Positions 57,801 through 64,000 of a stretch of 64,000 nucleotides of DNA are shown here, piece by piece. Both the position numbers and the translations under genes were made by a program. The DNA is from Schizochytrium sp. TIO01 (Eukaryota > Protista > Bigyra: Labyrinthulomycetes). Numbering within the stretch: position 1 is the first letter of the stretch; every line of letters starts with the position of its first letter. Below the pieces are notes generated by a model, which did no database searches, was not told where the DNA came from, and worked only from the letters and a program-made list of their open reading frames with translations. Where the stretch lies: positions 4,812,747 through 4,876,746 of the forward strand of contig SMSO01000037.1 in NCBI GenBank assembly GCA_004764695.1. The letters run 5' to 3'.

Positions 57801-59129
57801 GTCTTGGCACAGGGCAGAGTATGAGACACGGTTGCAATCTACGTGTCACGCGGAGGAGAACGGTCGATCTGGGGGGTGCTTTCGGCATCGGAGGAGTTGT
57901 TTATCTCTAAAAGGCATAGGGCTGTATATAGAGAAAGGATATGTTTTTGTTTTTTCTTCCGATTTAATTAAAAACTAACTTGAAATACTACTCTAGAGCA
58001 CATACCCTAATTTAAAGAAGATAGAAGAAGCAAGTGCACGGGGAAAAAAAGTTAGATACCTTGGTTGCTAATGAAACGAACGAGGCAAAAGGTTTCTCTG
58101 CAATGGAAACCGTCAGCCAGAGCTTCGACTACTTGAGCAAGCTCTATCTTTGCAAAAATGGAGCTGAAGCGAACTTTGAACAACATGAAAAAGAAATCAG
58201 CCCGCTCTAGTTTATGCTCAAACTATTTACAGATTTTGCTGGCATAGCAGGTCTGATCGAGCGGTTCTGGTACTTTGGCTGTGATTGTTGACGACACTGT
58301 CTTGCAAAGGATGGCAGTCAAACTCAAACTTCAAATCTCTCCGTCGAAGCACAGCTTGGAGCTTCTGTCGTGCATTTCTGCACGATGCAGTTTTAACTCA
58401 CTGGTGGTGTGCCAATTGGACTTAAGCAAACATTTTTACTGCTTGAGCAAAGTATACGATATTTAAAACGACGTCAGTTCATGGCGGGCTTCGCGCGGCT
58501 CTAAAGGTCTTTTTGCACCCGAGGCTTCTCCAGTAATACGTCATTCATTCTCAGACAGCCTCAGGGCCATGCTCGCTTTTCCGCTGCTCGCATGTATTGT
58601 GATCATAGGTTCAAGTGCCTGTTGATCATCTTGGGACAAAATACTACAACTGAATTCAAGTCCCGTCTTTGCTACATGAGATCGAAGACGGTCCTTTGGG
58701 TAAAGGATGGATTGCCTGTGTGAGAAGGTGTAGGTGGGTCCAACTTTGGCAGCTACTGGCGACGCCATCTTCTGATGCCTTCTTGCGACGCCAAACGCTC
58801 AAGAGGGTCAGAAGCCGAGCTTGCCCCCTGCGAGTCTAAAATTCATCAGAGCAGTGAAGAACACCCCCCTCCTCTCGAACTCTAGTTTGCAACGACGCCT
58901 CAGATGGACCGCTGGGACTCACGTTGAATGCATCTATAGTAAAATAGGGACATTCTGTGGCTTTCCAGTTTCTTTTCTTGTGTTCGCTCCCCCTCAAAGG
59001 CTAAAATTTATAGATCATCGTGTAGAGAACACGATGTTGCTTAAGCGCATGCCGCACCCCCCTTGGAGCTAAATCTTAACTGAGGTGGGGACCAACTTAC
59101 TTGACGTTCAATATCAGTACTCAAAATCA

Positions 59130-59304
59130 ACATCATCTTAACTAAGCGCTACGCATAACAAAGGGAAAATCTGCTGTCAATGCCAGCAAACCTACGATAA
59201 GATGAACATGTACATCACATCATGTACACTAAGCGCTACCTCATAACGAGCTAAAGCATGCTGCAAACGTCAACAAACCTAATCAAAACAAACATTCAAT
59301 AATC
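59130..59304. repeat. Diverged 87-bp tandem duplication
   Basis: ACATCAT..ACTAAGCGCTAC..CATAAC..TGCTG..CAAACCTA..AACAT occurs twice in the same order; ACTAAGCGCTAC is at 59141 and 59228. Confidence 0.75.
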
Positions 59305-61235
59305 AAAGTTGACATATCACCGCCTGCACTATTCCAATTGGTCTGCTCCTAGTTTCAACCTGTATACTTCGGTAAAAGCTCAAGTCAATAAGCATATTGG
59401 CATTTCACCCGCTATGCACGTGCATGTCCATCTTCGATAGCACTCAACATTTGTACATGTGGGTACCGCGCTGAGTGGTGCAAGCTCGAGCCAAAACACC
59501 AACGCATCGTGGCTGGATCAGCTGGGACAGTGGCCGCACTAGATTCTGGTACATACAGCCACAGTATCGCCTTACGCTCCTTACTGTGCAAAGTCTCATG
59601 AGGACTTCCCTAAAGACCTCGCTAAAGGGGCACGCAAAATAGACCCAACTCCCTACATCCTTATTACATGAAACTTGAATGCAACGTGGAGCAATTGATA
59701 CATCAGGCCTCGAACCTTGCAGTCAAGACCCCACTGAGCAAGCGTATAGATTGATTGTAGAGTCAAGCAAGCTTTTGCAGAATTGCTGGGCTCGTTTTTT
59801 TGAATGGCTTTCAGCTGCACAGACAAACTAAGCAAGCATTTCAAGTTATGGTCCCCACCAAGTCTTTGCAGAATTGCTGGGTTTAATTGCAGTGCCGGGA
59901 TGTAACCCTCGCCAGTTTTTGAGTAGTAGAATAATCAAACATTGTATTTGGTTAGGGTATATCTTCGGCCGTCTGACACAAAGGTTCAATTCGGTCTGAG
60001 AGCTAAGATTAGTCCAGGAATCTGCATGCGCGAGCCTATCGAGGCTAGCTAGGTTTGATCTTTACGATGATTAGCTTCATCCATGCAGAACCCCAGGATA
60101 TAGCTTTAGTTTTCTATCCGTTTTTCTGAACTTTCCTGCTGCAGAGCTTCAAGGTCATAATCGAGTTTTACAAAAATGCTTCTCTGGAAGCCAGTATAGT
60201 ATCTTCTTTTGCTAGAAGAAGAGACCTGCGAGGTCAAGCGGCACGTTCTTCAGAACCTAGCTACCGCGAGGGGTATCACGAAAAGATACGATACCATGGT
60301 ACGACACAAATGGAGAACCTGCCTTGAAGTTGCAGTTCACACAGCCATAGTGGCATCTTCGAGCTGCAGTGCAACTTGAAGATCCATCGGGATGGATAAT
60401 CTTGTCCCTGATATTAGGTTGGTTAAGCCCAAGGTACTACTAAATCTTTGGGCTCAACTCATCAGCTTGTGTCCTCAAGCCATCCTGTCGTATATCAAGT
60501 TCAACCTCGCTGAGAGATTCGACCCCAGGGAAACGACGATATTAAGCATGTGCCGAATCCAGGCCAGGCTCGCTTGCGAGTGCCAGCGGCTGAGAAGAAC
60601 CAGGAGCCATGATACACATCATACATGGGCCATTATTCACGTTTCTACTATCACGATGACGCCATTCCTCAGGATTCTACCATCGACTATTCTGCTCTCA
60701 ATGCACGCTGTGCTCCGCAAGGATACGTCAGTTGCTGCGTGCAACCTGATTCCCTGTAGCTTTCTGTAGCCCAGGTCGTGCTGGGCGCGAGCCAGCACGC
60801 AGAAGCCAAAACTTCGCACACCTGCATGGATGCATATGTCGCATAGCGTCCCTGTCATGATAATCTTCTATTGAACTATAGGTGGGTTCTAAAAGAGGTG
60901 GCCATCCTCTGTCATTCACGGCGCACTAGAGGCTCTTATGGGTTTAGCTTAGCACACCTGTCCTGCGAAGACTGGGTACAATATCGTTGGGGCTGGCTCG
61001 TACTACTGGTACTTTACAATTAGGTGCTACCTACAGAGTATTCTAGGTAGTGCCTAGATATCCAGAGATGAAAAAGGAGAATTTATCAAGTAGTCGTAGG
61101 TAGTTCGAAACTATGCGCTGTTCATTTCAGGAACTCGTTACTTTTTGCAAGCAAAACCGAAACTGAAAGTTGCGGCCAGCGTAGCGGAGGCCAGTCCTCT
61201 CTGTCCCGGGCGACGGGGCAAAGGAGAACTCGCGC

Positions 61236-62120
61236 ATGGCCTTCGAGCCGACAGCTCAAAATATGGGGGACCAAGGCCAGAATGAGACCGTTAGTCTAGT
61301 TCAGAATATGGATAGAGAAGATGAGTTTTGGGATGGAATGAAGATTTTGCCACCTGTAGCTGAAGTTGTTGATTCGGATTGGTTCAACATTGAAGGCAGT
61401 GATTTTTCTCAAATTTTGCAAATTCGTGTTCGACCGGGTGAGATCATCACGACGGAACCTGGTTCCATGGTCGTCATGTCGGATGGACTCGTGCCTAACG
61501 TTGATATGGGAGACTGTGGTCAAGCTTGCACTCGTTGCTGCTGTGCAGGTGAGAGTTTCTTCCGACTCGTGTTTACAAATATGACCTCAGAGACCAAATT
61601 CCTGGGTATCTCTCCTCCAGGTCCTGGACGCATTATTCCGATCGACCTGAACCGCTACTCTGGAATTACTTTTAACACTGGTGCATTTGTTGCAGCTGTT
61701 GGTAAGAACTGGCAAATCAGGCTCCGCGTAGTAGATAATCTTGCAACCGGCGCTTGTGGTGGCCAGGGTTTCATTCTCAATGAACTGCACGGTGATGGTA
61801 TGGCCTTTCTTACCGGCATCGGAGCTATTGAGCGTCTGGTTCTTCAGCCAGGCGAGAAGTACATTGTGGATAAGGAGTGCGTTCTTGCGTTTGAGAAATC
61901 TGTAAAGTTTGATGTTCGCTCGTATGGATGCTCTATGGTTTGCTGCTGCGGTGGATTCGGCCTGTTCCAGTCTGTTCTCACAGGACCGGGTCTTGTTCTT
62001 ATCCAGACACTCCCGATGTCCAAATTGCGTCGTGCAATTGGTGCAGGCGGCGGCGGTGGCGGCGGTGGCGGCGGCGGTGGCGATGGCGGCGGCGGCGGCG
62101 GCGGTGGTGGTGGTGGTTAA
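61236..62120 (+). CDS. AIM24/TRAP-like family protein with Cys clusters and a poly-Gly tail
   Basis: IEGSDFSQILQIRVRPGEIITTEPGSMVVMS, AGESFF, PGRIIPIDL, GGQGFILNELHGDGMAFL, LQPGEKYIVDKECVLAF, GGFGLFQSVLTGPGLVLIQTLP are typical AIM24-family motifs. Confidence 0.88.
   Translation: MAFEPTAQNMGDQGQNETVSLVQNMDREDEFWDGMKILPPVAEVVDSDWFNIEGSDFSQILQIRVRPGEIITTEPGSMVVMSDGLVPNVDMGDCGQACTRCCCAGESFFRLVFTNMTSETKFLGISPPGPGRIIPIDLNRYSGITFNTGAFVAAVGKNWQIRLRVVDNLATGACGGQGFILNELHGDGMAFLTGIGAIERLVLQPGEKYIVDKECVLAFEKSVKFDVRSYGCSMVCCCGGFGLFQSVLTGPGLVLIQTLPMSKLRRAIGAGGGGGGGGGGGGDGGGGGGGGGGG
62046..62117 (+). repeat. (GGC/GGT)n coding trinucleotide repeat (poly-Gly)
   Basis: Read directly; about 23 Gly codons interrupted by one Asp, immediately before TAA. 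Confidence 0.95.
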
Positions 62121-64000
62121 TAACAACGCTGTGTCGATCTATCCATCCCTATGGACCTTTAAGTATCCCTTCGTCTTCTTCAGCTTACATCTACAAAAAT
62201 TTACATTTTGTCAAGTCTTCTGGACCCAAGTTCTTATAAATCTTGACACAACTAGAAATATAATCATAAAACAAAATTTTAACATCAAAGCATTCTCCTC
62301 CTCCTTCTTTCCTGGAAGTATTATCATCAATAACCAAGAAGGAAGACATATTTTTTGAACGTAGGAGCTAGAAGGTTTACCCTTGGTATGTGTAAGATGA
62401 TGAAGAGGTGCGGCAGGCAAATTGAACAAACCATAATAGCTGTGTTCGTTCAAGAGCACGAATGATCATATCCAGGAGTTATACAGAACGAAATGCGTGC
62501 GCGGGATCTTTCTTTCAATACATACAGACGGTCGAGGAGACTTTGTTGATAAGTTTTATCAGATTTCAGGTTGCGAAGGATTCATATACTAGCATGAAAC
62601 TTTAAAGTCAAATAAATAACGAGTCTTTTCTGTGACGAAAATGTAGCGATTGGTATGCCAAATCACCTGATGTTTGATACTACATCCGCATTATATTAAT
62701 AGCACATATGCGAGCCGAAGCATGAGTTTTCCGTCATGCTATGAATCGGTTACCTTACTGTTGATATTTTGTTGTTACAGCCTTTATATTGCAATACGAG
62801 CCCTGTGCAAATAAGAAGACAGTGCTTTGCGTCTATGCAGGATATTAACCACTGAGTCCCTTTGACCGCTGGATCTGGAACACGAAAGATCGAAGTCAGA
62901 TTTTCTCATATCCTGCACGACTCAGAAACCCCCGCCCCATTTGCATGATCAAGACAGGTTGAACAATTACATAGCTAGCCAGAAATGTCATACAATCTCG
63001 TGAACGAATGTGGCATTTTTCGTGGCATAAGATATTGATCCTCCGAAGGTATAGGTACGCTTAAATATATAATGCCACTTGTACAAACACCTTTGCTGAC
63101 AAAAGATCCAGGGTGCTTCTCTCTCTGCCTTCATCACTCTCGTTACGCAACTAGAGAAGAGAGTTTAACTATTTTAAATTCAAGCAGGCTTAGCTCTGTT
63201 CAATACGAGCAATGATGACTTAGTTTCATCGACTTGAAGCCCTGGAAATGGTAAGTTGTAAAACTTCTAGCTAATTTTCTACAAAGCCATACCAAGAGCA
63301 CTAGATAGTGCTGCTACATACTTCCTGAAGGGAATCTCTGTTGGAATGATGTTGCTAAAATTCCTATCTACCTACTGTTGCTGCTCATATTACTATCTGG
63401 TGATTCATCAAGACATTTTTGCAAAGCACAGTGGTCGCTCCTTTACTCCAAAACCAGTTGCATTAGTAGGTAGCTACTTACTACATTGCAGCGTTTTCTC
63501 GTCTCCGTCCTGTAGAAGTCGTATCTGCCGTCGTCTCAAATTTCTCCTATGATCCATACCTGATCAAATTGCTCCTTCGTTATCCCAATTCTGACAATTT
63601 CCAACAAAATGCATGCATGAAATTCGATGCCAAGACAATGATCTCATTACCCGTAAAGAAAGAGCATCAATACGTGCAAATGAAATAAAATCCCACACAT
63701 GAAAGCTCCCAGTGCTTTTTCAAAATCCTCACCGACCAGCAAGAGCACCAGCCAAATGTCCTCCAGTTCTTGCTTTCTGTGCAAATTCCTCTCGACATCA
63801 TCTCACATCTCCTACTATATGATGATGGCCTCCGCGCCAGGTTACCCCTTCGAGTTGACACCTTGTCCCATTCTCCATATAACTACCCTAACCCTACCCT
63901 CCCGCGGCCCCTAGTACCTTTCTATATTGTGGGAACGCGGGGATCACCCCATTGGCTGGCGGCGGAGCGTGTGGATTTGCAGGTTTTCTATGCGTAATGA

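Noticed and set aside
58275-58466. AVIVDDTVLQRMAVKLKL resembles the start of a response-regulator receiver domain
   Set aside because: Only about 18 residues match; the downstream phospho-Asp and KP motifs are missing and there is no ATG start.
59774-59881. 17-bp direct repeat as a CRISPR-like array
   Set aside because: Only two copies, a 74-nt spacer, no cas genes, and a eukaryotic context.

Overview
Eukaryotic nuclear DNA from an intron-poor protist. The long single-exon ORFs, AT-rich and microsatellite-rich spacers, and the presence of a Vps39-like gene, a PHAX-domain gene and a flagellar dynein-docking gene fit a stramenopile such as a thraustochytrid (inference, not tested). About 13 protein genes can be supported: DusA, an F-box-like protein, Vps39/TGFBRAP1-like, an orphan multi-pass membrane protein, a PHAX-RBD protein, a DUF218-like protein, a GT10 fucosyltransferase, an SDR, a WW-ankyrin protein, a 1664-aa DUF4011-SF1 helicase-Vsr-like protein, aspartate aminotransferase, an ODA-DC-like coiled-coil protein, an FHA-RING E3 and an AIM24-family protein. 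Two long ORF-free intervals (about 31.6-37.0 kb and 46.2-61.2 kb) separate divergent genes. The standout is the minus-strand gene at 26573-31567. It has the domain order of the prokaryotic DUF4011-helicase-Vsr (Hhe-type) anti-phage proteins but sits among ordinary eukaryotic genes. Its helicase motifs are intact, its nuclease motif is eroded, and it has gained an acidic tail ending in an NLS-like signal, so it is a candidate horizontally acquired, domesticated defence helicase. No rRNA, tRNA, CRISPR array or intact transposon was recognised. All family calls come from reading motifs by eye; no searches were run.
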